A stretch of DNA of 64,000 nucleotides from positions 2,723-66,722 of the IMG/VR virus record IMGVR_UViG_3300010050_000018; one strand, 5' to 3'. The notes under the pieces were generated by a model. The model did no database searches, was not told the origin of the DNA, and worked only from the letters and a program-made list of their open reading frames with translations. This stretch comes from a virus (Duplodnaviria; Caudoviricetes). Shown in pieces: positions 24,075 to 32,919 of this stretch (position 1 is the stretch's first letter; every line of letters starts with the position of its first letter). Made by a program: the position numbers and the translations under genes.

Positions 24075-25903
24075 CCTCTCGCATGATCCCACTCAACGAA
24101 CTCAGGTTCGGGCACGAAGCCGATCCGCCGCTCAATGCCAGGCGCGTCGGTCGCGGCGAAGATATCGAGGAACTCGCGGCCTCGATCGCCGCCCATGGGC
24201 TTATCACCCCGCCCAAGGTCAAGGAGATCGACAGGACGTTCTATGTCGCCATCGGCAACCGCCGCCTCGCCGCGCTGCGGCTGCTCGTCGAGCAGAACCA
24301 TCTCGCCGAGGACTGGGAGGTCCCATGCGACGAGTTCGAAGGCGTCGACGATCCCCGCGAGATCGCACTCGCCGAACAGATAAACCGGGCGCCGCTGCAC
24401 GAAGCCGACGAGATCGAGGAGTTCAGCGCACTTACCGCCGCCGGCTTATCTGAGGCCTCCATCGCGAAGCGCTTCGGCATCACGCCTCAGCGGGTCAAGA
24501 GGATCCTTGCCCTCGGTGGGCTCGCACCCGTCATCCTGCAGGCTTGGCGCGATGGTGTCTTCACCCGCGATGCGGCCAACTGTATCCGCGCCTTTACCTT
24601 GGCCCCCTCGATCGAGGCCCAGGAGGCGACGTTCAACAAGCTGAAGAAGATCGGCCATCTGGATTCTTACTCGATCCGCCAAGCGTTCGGGGCCGACAAT
24701 CGTGAAGCCGCGAAGGCTATCAAGATCGCGGGGGTCGAAGCTTACAAGGCCGCCGGCGGCACGATGACAACCGACCTCTTCGGCGACAACCATGTCATCG
24801 ACAATCCCGAGATCGCGGCGAAGGTCGCCAAGGAGAAGGTAGATTCAACCTTCGCAGGGCTGAAGGCTGAAGGATGGTCCTGGGTCTCGATGGCCTCCGA
24901 CCTCCCCTATTCCTGGTCCTACTCTTGGGCCACTGAGAAGCCTGCCGAGGGTAAGGCGACTGCCGACGAGAAAAAGCAGATCAAGAAGTTGGAGAAGGGT
25001 GTCGCCAAGGGGACCGACGGCGCCGCCGACGAACTGGCGACGCTGCAGAAAACTATCGCAGACCGGCAGTGGACCCCGGAACAGCTCGCCAAGGCCGGCG
25101 CCGTTCTCAATATTGGTCACTACGGTGATCTCGAGATCAGTCGGGGGGTCGTCAAGCCCAATTCGGCAAAGCCGACAACCGGCGCCGGCTCCGGCGACAA
25201 AAAGGAGAAAGCGGCCCCAACGATCTCAAATGCTTTGGCGACGCGGCTGTCCGCGCAGGCCGGCTTGGCAACCCGCAAGGCCCTGCAGTCCGAACCGCGG
25301 CTCGGGCTCGTCGCCCTGCTCGCCGGCTTCCTGACGAAAGGCGACGTATACAGCAACGCCAGGACCTGCCCGATACATGTCAGTCACGCCGGCATGGGGC
25401 ACCAGCAGTTGCGCGGCACCGAGAACTTCGCCGATGCACTGGCCCGGCTGCAGGCGATGTCCGACGCCGAACTGTTCATTGTCGCCGCAGGCATCGCCGG
25501 CAACGCCATCAGCCTGCATGTCTCAACGGCTGATTACCGCGCGTTCGACGGCGCCCCTCGGGCACTGGTTGCCGCGATCGATGCTGACACGATGACGGCG
25601 GCTCTTCATGAGACGTTCGACGCCGCCGAGTACTTTGCCGGGGTCTCGAAGACTTTCATCATTGACGCGATCCGTGAGGCCCTCAACAAGGACGAGGCGC
25701 GCAAGGCCGACAAGCTAAAGAAGGCCGAGCTCGTCGCCTTCGCCGTCGAGAACATCAAGGGCACCGGCTGGTTGCCGCCGGAGCTCCGGGCACCAACCTA
25801 TTCCGGTCCTGGCCAGATCCCCGCCGCCACAATCGCTGCACCGCCGCTCGATCCTGACGACGATGACCTCGAAGAAGATGTCGACGAGGACGAGGCCGCT
25901 TGA
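24071..25903 (+). CDS. ParB/RepB/Spo0J-family protein (large form)
   Basis: LNARR...IEELAASIAAHGLITP...AIGNRRLAAL; LAEQINRAPLHEADE; HTH IAKRFG. Confidence 0.88.
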   Translation: MTSRMIPLNELRFGHEADPPLNARRVGRGEDIEELAASIAAHGLITPPKVKEIDRTFYVAIGNRRLAALRLLVEQNHLAEDWEVPCDEFEGVDDPREIALAEQINRAPLHEADEIEEFSALTAAGLSEASIAKRFGITPQRVKRILALGGLAPVILQAWRDGVFTRDAANCIRAFTLAPSIEAQEATFNKLKKIGHLDSYSIRQAFGADNREAAKAIKIAGVEAYKAAGGTMTTDLFGDNHVIDNPEIAAKVAKEKVDSTFAGLKAEGWSWVSMASDLPYSWSYSWATEKPAEGKATADEKKQIKKLEKGVAKGTDGAADELATLQKTIADRQWTPEQLAKAGAVLNIGHYGDLEISRGVVKPNSAKPTTGAGSGDKKEKAAPTISNALATRLSAQAGLATRKALQSEPRLGLVALLAGFLTKGDVYSNARTCPIHVSHAGMGHQQLRGTENFADALARLQAMSDAELFIVAAGIAGNAISLHVSTADYRAFDGAPRALVAAIDADTMTAALHETFDAAEYFAGVSKTFIIDAIREALNKDEARKADKLKKAELVAFAVENIKGTGWLPPELRAPTYSGPGQIPAATIAAPPLDPDDDDLEEDVDEDEAA

Positions 25904-26181
25904 CCATGCCAGAACCAGTCGATTTCCCAGGATCCAACATGAGACTCGGCGCCCCAGAGGGCGCCGAAAACGTCGGGACGTTGCATACCTTCACAAACGG
26001 GCACTGCTCGGTGTCGTGCTGGGAGTTCACTGACGACGAACTCGCCGAGATCGTGAGCTCGCGCCGCCTCTACATCAGCGTGCTGTCGGGCCGGACGCAG
26101 CCACCGATCTTCGCGGCCCCTGAAAGCGTGATGCGGGGCTTCCTCGTCGACTACGGTGGGACGTGGAGGCCGGTACGTTGA
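25900..26181 (+). CDS. Phage hypothetical protein
   Basis: PVDFPGSN...SVSCWEFTDDELAEI...QPP motif pattern. Confidence 0.75.
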   Translation: MTMPEPVDFPGSNMRLGAPEGAENVGTLHTFTNGHCSVSCWEFTDDELAEIVSSRRLYISVLSGRTQPPIFAAPESVMRGFLVDYGGTWRPVR

Positions 26182-26669
26182 ACGTACAACCCGATCTCAT
26201 CGGTGATGGTTGGCTTGAGGTCTTCGACGGCAATCCGACCGCGCGAGACCTGTTCACCCGCCATTACTCCAACCAGCACACCAGACGGGGACGTAGGCAG
26301 CCGTCCTTAATCGTCGGACCAGGCAGCAAGCTGCTTCTGATCACATCGGATGCCGGCGCTGTCTGTGCGTGGCGCAAGGAAGAATTTCGTTTCGATGAAC
26401 AGTATGGAGTCAACTGCGCAATATTCCGCCGCGAGAATGGCGACGTGGCCTCTCACCTCTTGTCCACCGCCATGTGGCTAGCATGGGCACGCTGGCCCAA
26501 GGAACGACTGTTTACATTCGTTGATCCAAAGGAAGTCCAGCCGACATGGAGAGGTCGACGACCGACTTGGGGGCATTGTTTCTACCAAGCGGGATGGCGG
26601 TTCGCTGGGCTGACCAAGAAGCGGCTGCACATTCTTGAATGCCTGCCGGAATGGGTGCGGCGGCCATGA
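26178..26669 (+). CDS. Putative Mom-like GNAT DNA-modification protein
   Basis: FTRHYS...GPGSKLLL...NCAIFRRE...LFTFVDP...GHCFYQAGWRFAGLTK; TTG start overlaps upstream stop; lower GC. Confidence 0.55.
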   Translation: MNVQPDLIGDGWLEVFDGNPTARDLFTRHYSNQHTRRGRRQPSLIVGPGSKLLLITSDAGAVCAWRKEEFRFDEQYGVNCAIFRRENGDVASHLLSTAMWLAWARWPKERLFTFVDPKEVQPTWRGRRPTWGHCFYQAGWRFAGLTKKRLHILECLPEWVRRP

Positions 26670-26950
26670 ACGAAGTCAATGCACGTGCCGTCCCAGTAAG
26701 GGGCGGCTTCGAGGGACAATTCAGAAAGGTCCACAAAGCGGCGTGGGAACCGGTGTGCATCAACGGTATCGCTCAGCTTTATCCAACCTCTTTCGAGGCC
26801 GAGGCGATGGCCTGGCGGGCGCTTCGATCACATCTGCAAGGCGATATCGTCGGGAGTGGTGACAAGGCGTCGCCGTTGCGCTCGAAGGCAGAAGAGCAGT
26901 TCGGCGCGATCTTCAAACGCGGCCGCAAAATCGAGGTCGTGCGTCGGTGA
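26666..26950 (+). CDS. Hypothetical protein
   Basis: ATGA-coupled ORF. Confidence 0.7.
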   Translation: MNEVNARAVPVRGGFEGQFRKVHKAAWEPVCINGIAQLYPTSFEAEAMAWRALRSHLQGDIVGSGDKASPLRSKAEEQFGAIFKRGRKIEVVRR

Positions 26951-27747
26951 TCGAGAAGGCAAAATTCAGATCAGAGGCCGATCTCTGCGCCACCTTTATC
27001 GCTCAGTTGCCGAAGGGGTGGACCGCATATCCGGAGACCGCTGGCTTCGACATCCTGCTGCGGCGGGACGTCGACGGGGTTCAGATCGGCATCGAAGCCA
27101 AGCTGGTTCTCAACGCCAAGGTCATCGAGCAGATCGTCCCCGACGACAACTGGTGGCACGTCGACCGCGATCAGCCCGATTTCCGAGCCGCGCTGGTGCC
27201 ATGGGGTTGCGCCGGCGGTCTTTCCAGGGTCTGCGGGCTCCTCGGTATCACCGTCATCGAAATGGCGACGAAAGAGCTCTACCAGACCTGGTATCAGGGC
27301 TCGCGCCGCAAGATGCGGCCGGAATTGCCGAAGGTCCCATCTAATTCCTGGCACGATAGGGATTGGTGGGACTGGTGTCCGTCGAAGCGATGCGCGCTCC
27401 CCGACTATGTCCCCGATGTCGCCGCCGGAGCCTCGGCTCCGCTGCAACTGTCGGATTGGAAGATCAAGGCGATCAAGCTCATCATTCTCCTGGACAGGCG
27501 GGGGTATGTGACCCGCGCCGACTTCAAGCACTTCCAGCTCGATGCGGGCCGCTGGATCTACAGCGGCAGTTGGTTGGTCGCCGGCGAAGTCAAAGGCCAA
27601 TATGTGCGTGGCCCCTACACCCCTGATTTCAAGGCACAGCACCCCGTGAACTTCGCCCAGATCGAGGCGGACTTCGAGAAATGGGCGCCGGCCAGCTCGG
27701 GTCTGATCATGGTTGCCGCCCCGGCGCATCAGGAGCGCGAGCACTGA
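26947..27747 (+). CDS. PD-(D/E)XK nuclease-like protein
   Basis: YPETAGFDILL...IGIEAKL motif. Confidence 0.65.
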   Translation: MIEKAKFRSEADLCATFIAQLPKGWTAYPETAGFDILLRRDVDGVQIGIEAKLVLNAKVIEQIVPDDNWWHVDRDQPDFRAALVPWGCAGGLSRVCGLLGITVIEMATKELYQTWYQGSRRKMRPELPKVPSNSWHDRDWWDWCPSKRCALPDYVPDVAAGASAPLQLSDWKIKAIKLIILLDRRGYVTRADFKHFQLDAGRWIYSGSWLVAGEVKGQYVRGPYTPDFKAQHPVNFAQIEADFEKWAPASSGLIMVAAPAHQEREH

Positions 27748-28871
27748 TGGCGCAACGATACGATCCAGCCGAGCTCGAAGACCTCAAGGCGCGGACAGCG
27801 TTGTCCTCGCTGTTCCAGAAATACGGCATCAGATCCAAGGGCAGCGATCGCGCGAAATGGGCGGTGTGCTGCTTCCATCACGAGAAATCGGGCAGCCTCA
27901 AGATCGACGATCAGCGCGGTCGATATCACTGCTTCGGCTGCGGTGCTTCCGGCGACCATTTCTCCTTCCTCCAGGAGCTCGCCGGCAAATCCTTCCATGA
28001 TGCCGTCGAGTTCCTTGGCGGCGTCCGGCTGATCACGGCAGAGGAGCGCCGTGCCATCGAGCAGCGCAACGCGGCATGGGAGGCCGAGGAGCGCGCCAAT
28101 CGTCAGAGGACGATGACATCGGTACAGCGCATCTTCGATAACGGGAAGACGATCCAGGGCACCCATGCCGAGGCCTATCTGACCGCACGCGGGCTCCGCG
28201 TCGTCAAACACTGGACCTTCGATATCCGGTTCGTCGCCGCGTTGACCTATCGGGGCTGGCCCGACCCCGAAGCCGACGACACCGTCGAGCTCGGTGTCTT
28301 CCCGGCGATGATCGCTGCGATTCGCGAGCCGAGTGGCGACATCATCGGGTTGCATCGGACCTACCTTGATCCGGACCGACCAGCGAAGCTCACACCACCT
28401 GGTGACCAGCGACGGAACAAGGCGAAGAAGGTGCTCGGGGAGCAGCGCGGCGGTATCATCCGGTTGTCCCCGATGGGCCCACGTCTTGCCATGGGCGAAG
28501 GCATCGAGACATCCCAGGCATGGTTCTCCGGCGGATTCGGCGGCATCGATGATGTCGCCGTCGCCGCAGCGGTATCGATCAACAATATGGCGGGCTCCTG
28601 CATGGGCACCGCGGAGCACCCCACCGATCCGTCGAAACGTGTCCCCAACGGGATCCCCGACATGGATCACGCCGGCGTCGTCCTCCCCGACGAGGTCCGG
28701 GAGGTCGTGCTGATCGGCGACGGCGACAGCGAACCCGCGATGACGCGGGCGCGCCTCATGGTGGCGGGCCGCCGGTACCGAAACCTCGGTCGCCGCGTGT
28801 TTGTGTCTATGGCCCCTCAGGGCAAGGACTTCGCTGACCTCAACCTCGAGCTCGGTGAGGCCGGCCAATGA
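27747..28871 (+). CDS. DNA primase (CHC2 zinc finger plus Toprim-like)
   Basis: CCFHHEKSGSLKI...YHCFGCGASGD; GLHRTYL; GEGIET; IGDGD; DFAD. Confidence 0.92.
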   Translation: MAQRYDPAELEDLKARTALSSLFQKYGIRSKGSDRAKWAVCCFHHEKSGSLKIDDQRGRYHCFGCGASGDHFSFLQELAGKSFHDAVEFLGGVRLITAEERRAIEQRNAAWEAEERANRQRTMTSVQRIFDNGKTIQGTHAEAYLTARGLRVVKHWTFDIRFVAALTYRGWPDPEADDTVELGVFPAMIAAIREPSGDIIGLHRTYLDPDRPAKLTPPGDQRRNKAKKVLGEQRGGIIRLSPMGPRLAMGEGIETSQAWFSGGFGGIDDVAVAAAVSINNMAGSCMGTAEHPTDPSKRVPNGIPDMDHAGVVLPDEVREVVLIGDGDSEPAMTRARLMVAGRRYRNLGRRVFVSMAPQGKDFADLNLELGEAGQ

Positions 28872-30175
28872 ACGACGTCCCAGTGTTCATGGAACCATTC
28901 GAGGCCTTCGAGGCCGCGACCACAACATTCCTGACCCCACCGTTCCGATCCAGGTTCGGGCTGATCCGGTGGGAGGACCAGGACAAGCCATCGGAGCGAA
29001 CCTACGAGTTCCAGATCGCCGGACTGATCCCACGCCGCGAAACCGTGCTGTGGTTCGGAGAAAGCCAGTCCGGCAAATCGTTCAGCGCCTTCGACTGTGG
29101 GATCCATGTGGCCTCGGGCATGGAGTATCAGGGCCGCCGGACCCGGCGCGGCGGCGTGATCTACTGCTTCATCGAAAAGGGGCATGGTGCGAAAAACCGC
29201 ATGCAGGCGTTCCGCCAGCACTACGACCTCCCGCTCGACGGGTTCCCATTTGCGGTTCTGACCAGACGGATCGACATCTTCTCGTCGGAAGAAACCGTCG
29301 ACGTCCTCGCCGCCGAATGCGAGGAGATCGCCAAGGGCTGGAATGTCCCCCTCGATGTCATCGTCATCGACACCCATGATAAAGCGACCCCGGGCGCCTC
29401 CGAGATCGACAAGAAGGACGTCTCGACCGTCCTGGCCCGATACGAGCGGCTGCGGGACCGCTCCAAGGCTGCGGTATGGGTCATCGGCCACTCGAATTCG
29501 TTCGGTTCGGCACGCGGTTCCCTCGTCCTCTACAACGCCATCGAGACCGTGATCTCGATATCGGTGCTCAGGGACAAAGCCCTCGGCGAGTTCCGCGACG
29601 CCAACCAGCGGGTGATCCGCCAGGCCAAGGTCTTGAAGCAGTCCGAGGGCGAAGCCGGGCAGACCTGGAAATTCGTGCTGCCCGCGATCGAGGTCGGCCG
29701 CAACGAATACGGGGAACCGGTGACGTCATGCGTGGTGACTCCGCCGGCGGATGTCGAAGGCGACGAGCAAATCTCCAGAGGCTTCAAGGCATCGCCCGGT
29801 GACTCAGTCTTCCTCAAGGCGCTGATCAAAGCGCTCGCCGAACACGGCGAGGCGCCGTCGCCATTGCTGGCGTTGCCACCCTCGATCATCCGTGTCGTCG
29901 ACTACGCCAAGGTGAAGGAGGCCTTCAAATCCCTGAACCCCGATGACGGCAACGACGTCATCAAATGGAAGGAGCGACTGAAGACGGCCCTCAAACGTGC
30001 CCGCGAACGCCTCCTCGACCACAACATCATCGGGATCTCGAGCCCGCACATCTGGATCACTGGTCGGCCGGTTCGCGGCATCATCAGGCCGAGGGACAAC
30101 GGGACCGACTTCGATCGTTCCGAACCATCCGCCGGGCTCCTCGAAGCGCTGGAAAGCAGCGGGGATGTCCTGTGA
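28868..30175 (+). CDS. AAA_25/RepA-like replicative helicase
   Basis: GESQSGKS, IVIDT, VIGHS, RGSLVL, KQSEG. Confidence 0.9.
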   Translation: MNDVPVFMEPFEAFEAATTTFLTPPFRSRFGLIRWEDQDKPSERTYEFQIAGLIPRRETVLWFGESQSGKSFSAFDCGIHVASGMEYQGRRTRRGGVIYCFIEKGHGAKNRMQAFRQHYDLPLDGFPFAVLTRRIDIFSSEETVDVLAAECEEIAKGWNVPLDVIVIDTHDKATPGASEIDKKDVSTVLARYERLRDRSKAAVWVIGHSNSFGSARGSLVLYNAIETVISISVLRDKALGEFRDANQRVIRQAKVLKQSEGEAGQTWKFVLPAIEVGRNEYGEPVTSCVVTPPADVEGDEQISRGFKASPGDSVFLKALIKALAEHGEAPSPLLALPPSIIRVVDYAKVKEAFKSLNPDDGNDVIKWKERLKTALKRARERLLDHNIIGISSPHIWITGRPVRGIIRPRDNGTDFDRSEPSAGLLEALESSGDVL

Positions 30176-30335
30176 CGATGTCCCTTTTGGTGTCCGCGAT
30201 GTCCCCCCGGCCCGAAATGGCGCAAACCGTTGCGTCACAAGGTGTCGAGCGCTTTCTGGCATCGGTGCCGGGTACATGGGCCAAAGTGGATTTGTCCCCT
30301 TTTGTACCCCGGATGTCCCCCTTGTTGTCCCCCCT
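30166..30335 (+). repeat. Cluster A of about 8 TGT(C/A)CC(CC) repeats; candidate replication origin iterons
   Basis: Copies at 30166, 30179, 30191, 30200, 30293, 30303, 30314, 30326, right after the helicase. Confidence 0.6.
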
Positions 30336-30350
30336 TCCGGGGAGGTCACG

Positions 30351-30782
30351 ATGACGTCGGTTCACGAGATCTGCGCCGAATTCGGGATCACCATTGTCGA
30401 CGGTCATCGGTACCCCGAGATCGGGCAGACCCGCGCCGTCGCGACCTTGGAGCGGATCCTGCGGCGTCACGGCGAAGGTCATCTGCGTCTCGTCCTGACC
30501 ACATTGGCCGAAACCGCGAACAACAAGGTGCTGCTCGACGAGGTCGGGCTATGGATGGCGTCTGACATGATCAGGGCATGCGCCGGCATCGTCGAGGCCC
30601 GTGCTGCGGACTGGTTGCATGCCTGGGATCAGATGCCGGTCGGGGAACTGCAGTTCATCTGCCAGGACCTCCGAGGCATCGTCCCGCAGCGCACCGCCCT
30701 CGGCGGCATGGTCTTCGAACGGCTCTACCGTCGTTTCGGGTCGGCGCAGATCGACCTCTTCGACGACAGGAGGTCGGCTTGA
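30351..30782 (+). CDS. Phage hypothetical protein with QIDLF tail
   Basis: GGAGG RBS; TRAVATLERILRRHGEGHLRLVL. Confidence 0.8.
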   Translation: MTSVHEICAEFGITIVDGHRYPEIGQTRAVATLERILRRHGEGHLRLVLTTLAETANNKVLLDEVGLWMASDMIRACAGIVEARAADWLHAWDQMPVGELQFICQDLRGIVPQRTALGGMVFERLYRRFGSAQIDLFDDRRSA

Positions 30783-31537
30783 ACATCCGCGTGATCCGCG
30801 ACCTCCTTATCGATGCGATCCGGCTTGATCGCGAAACCACGGAACACATCGGCCCCCCACGGCTGCGCGGCCAGCAGCTCCCCTATGCGCACGGCTACGT
30901 CGATATGGCGGGCTGGGGAAAGGTCCCCAACGACGCCCATTGTCAGCTCAAGCAGGATGACGGCGATCCGTTCGAAGTGATCCGCAGCGACTTCTGGGAT
31001 CAGTTCGACCGCGATCCCTCGCCGGCCGAGATCTCGCGGGCAAACACAGTTCAGGACTGGCTGATGTTCGTCGACAGCCAGGCGGAGCGACGCGCCCTGC
31101 TGGGATGGCTGAATTCCAAGGTCGGCGGCAAAGCCTTCAAGAGGTGGTGCCATCAGGTCGAGGGGATCTCGACGACGACGGGGACGAAGCGCAAGAACCG
31201 CGCCCTCGACAAGATTTTCGCCGAATTGGCTCGCAGGCCTGTCCAGGAGAGCCATTTCGCCGTTTTGGGGGAGTTGCGTCCGAACCCCGAAATCAGCGAT
31301 CTTTCCGCTACCATCGCGACAGATGCGGCCGAGACCGAAGGGCTCAATAACTGGGCAGCCGCAGATGCGATCCCTGTTGCAACGATCCAGTATCAGAGCG
31401 ATCGCATCGGTGACCGAACCGTCGAGGTTCCACAATCCGCGTTCTCCTGGGCTGCGAGGCGGAACGAACGCCGGCGCCGGCAGCGCGCCAAGAAGGCGGC
31501 GAAGAAAGGCAATGGCAAGGTGCCGGGCCAAAAGTAA
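30779..31537 (+). CDS. Putative late-gene transcriptional regulator (Q position)
   Basis: Last early gene; PSPAEISRA...W...HTH-like FKRWCHQVEGISTTTGTKRKNRAL; TTG start. Confidence 0.55.
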   Translation: MNIRVIRDLLIDAIRLDRETTEHIGPPRLRGQQLPYAHGYVDMAGWGKVPNDAHCQLKQDDGDPFEVIRSDFWDQFDRDPSPAEISRANTVQDWLMFVDSQAERRALLGWLNSKVGGKAFKRWCHQVEGISTTTGTKRKNRALDKIFAELARRPVQESHFAVLGELRPNPEISDLSATIATDAAETEGLNNWAAADAIPVATIQYQSDRIGDRTVEVPQSAFSWAARRNERRRRQRAKKAAKKGNGKVPGQK

Positions 31538-31601
31538 CGTTCGGCCACGAGCAGAGATGGGGCGTTCGCGCCCCCGGGGGAACAACCCACCGCTCAGCAG
31601 G

Positions 31602-31925
31602 TCAGCCAGGCCCGCCGCCACCCCAATCAGTGGGCGGCCAGTCCTTGATCAACGCGCCGAGACCACCGCCCAAGATTGAATTCGGCTTGTGGTGCAGCGG
31701 ACGAAGATTGTGGATTTCGTCGCTTCCACCGATTGCCTTGGGAATAATGTGGTCTTCTTCCCAGCCATAGATAGATGCCCGGTCGCCGTAGCGATCCCAG
31801 CAGATGCGATAGCCGAAGCAATCGCGCCGCCAAGTGCGGGGATCTTCGCCAGGGATGACATGACCCTTGGCCCAGACGGTGAGCCGCTTGAGAAGGTCTG
31901 GCAGATTAAGTTCGTTGGTATGCAT
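31602..31925 (-). CDS. HNH endonuclease moron
   Basis: GWEEDHIIPKAIGGSDEIHNLRPLHHKPN; AAGGA RBS; antisense; lower GC. Confidence 0.8.
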   Translation of the reverse strand: MHTNELNLPDLLKRLTVWAKGHVIPGEDPRTWRRDCFGYRICWDRYGDRASIYGWEEDHIIPKAIGGSDEIHNLRPLHHKPNSILGGGLGALIKDWPPTDWGGGGPG

Positions 31926-32304
31926 AGTAAGGGGTCCTTTTGGACAAAGTGTCCTCCTGGGTTGCCCGGCATCGAACCCTGCGCTACCGTCTCCGTTGCA
32001 AAGGGAGGATTGGTTTGCGCCAGTCTTCGATACCAAAAACGATCCCAAGAAGATCGCTATGGTTGTGTAGAAGGCCCGGCCTTGGGTGGTGGAACACCCT
32101 CGGTTCGGGCCTTTGTGATTCGATCATTCGAACCGCAACTGAAATCGTAACAGCAATCGCGTCGGAGACGAGGCGGCCAACGTAAACGTGACCGTTCTCC
32201 ACACTCCTCCCCTCTCCGTCCACAGGGGCGCGAGCAGTCCCGACGATTTGGCCTTGCGCGCCATCGAATCATCTCGGCCCGTCAAGAGAAACTGTCGGTT
32301 CTGA

Positions 32305-32414
32305 GGGGGGACACGGTCGCGCCGGTGCGATGTCCCCTGTCGGGGCGATCCCATTGGAGTCGTTGGACCCAAGGGGGTACACGCCGGGGGGACAGAGGGG
32401 GACAAAAGGGGACA
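32305..32414 (-). repeat. Cluster B of GGGG(G)ACA repeats (inverted relative to cluster A)
   Basis: GACA/TACA units ending at 32313, 32381, 32394, 32404, 32414; plus TGTCCCC at 32331. Confidence 0.6.
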
Positions 32415-32551
32415 GGCCCCACCTGTCACAATTCGTGATTTCCAGAAACCGTTGGAATTCAGCACCTTATCGCGGCTCCCTCCCCTCGCGTAGACGCTGA
32501 GTTCTGATCTCTGTTCGCCCTCCGGCGGGCGGCCCATCAGGCCGACCCCGG

Positions 32552-32580
32552 CTGAAGTGCTCTACGATCAAAGGTATACG
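32552..32580 (+). promoter_or_regulatory. Candidate late promoter CTGAAG-N17-TATACG
   Basis: Spacing puts the start site at or near the HNH ATG (32589), which lacks an RBS. Confidence 0.35.
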
Positions 32581-32588
32581 CTGGCACA

Positions 32589-32918
32589 ATGGCAAAGCTC
32601 CTCGGGCCGTCGATCCGAACGATCGACGTCCGCATCGCCCTACCTCCAGTCAAGAAGGTCGATCCCGAACTGCGCACCGCTGCGCATCAGGCCTGGCGTC
32701 GTGCCGTCCTGGAGCGTGCCGGGTATCGATGTGAAGGCACCACCTATGGCCAGCGCTGCGCTGTCGTCGCCCCTGCCCGTCTCTTCGCTGACCACATCAA
32801 GGAGCGTAAGGACGGCGGCGCCCTCCACGATGTCACCAACGGGCAGTGTCTCTGCGGCCACCACCACACCTTGAAGACGGTGGCAGCCCGAGCCGATCGG
32901 ATGAAGGAACGATACTGA
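32589..32918 (+). CDS. Terminase-associated HNH endonuclease
   Basis: WRRAVLERAGYRCE...C...ADHIKERKDGG...NGQCLCGHHHTLKT. Confidence 0.9.
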   Translation: MAKLLGPSIRTIDVRIALPPVKKVDPELRTAAHQAWRRAVLERAGYRCEGTTYGQRCAVVAPARLFADHIKERKDGGALHDVTNGQCLCGHHHTLKTVAARADRMKERY

Positions 32919-32919
32919 C

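Noticed and set aside
30172-30354. Small ORF MSLLVSAMSP...PLLSP across repeat cluster A (and the PLLSP ORF at 32124-32537)
   Set aside because: The peptide similarity follows from the DNA repeats; no independent coding evidence.
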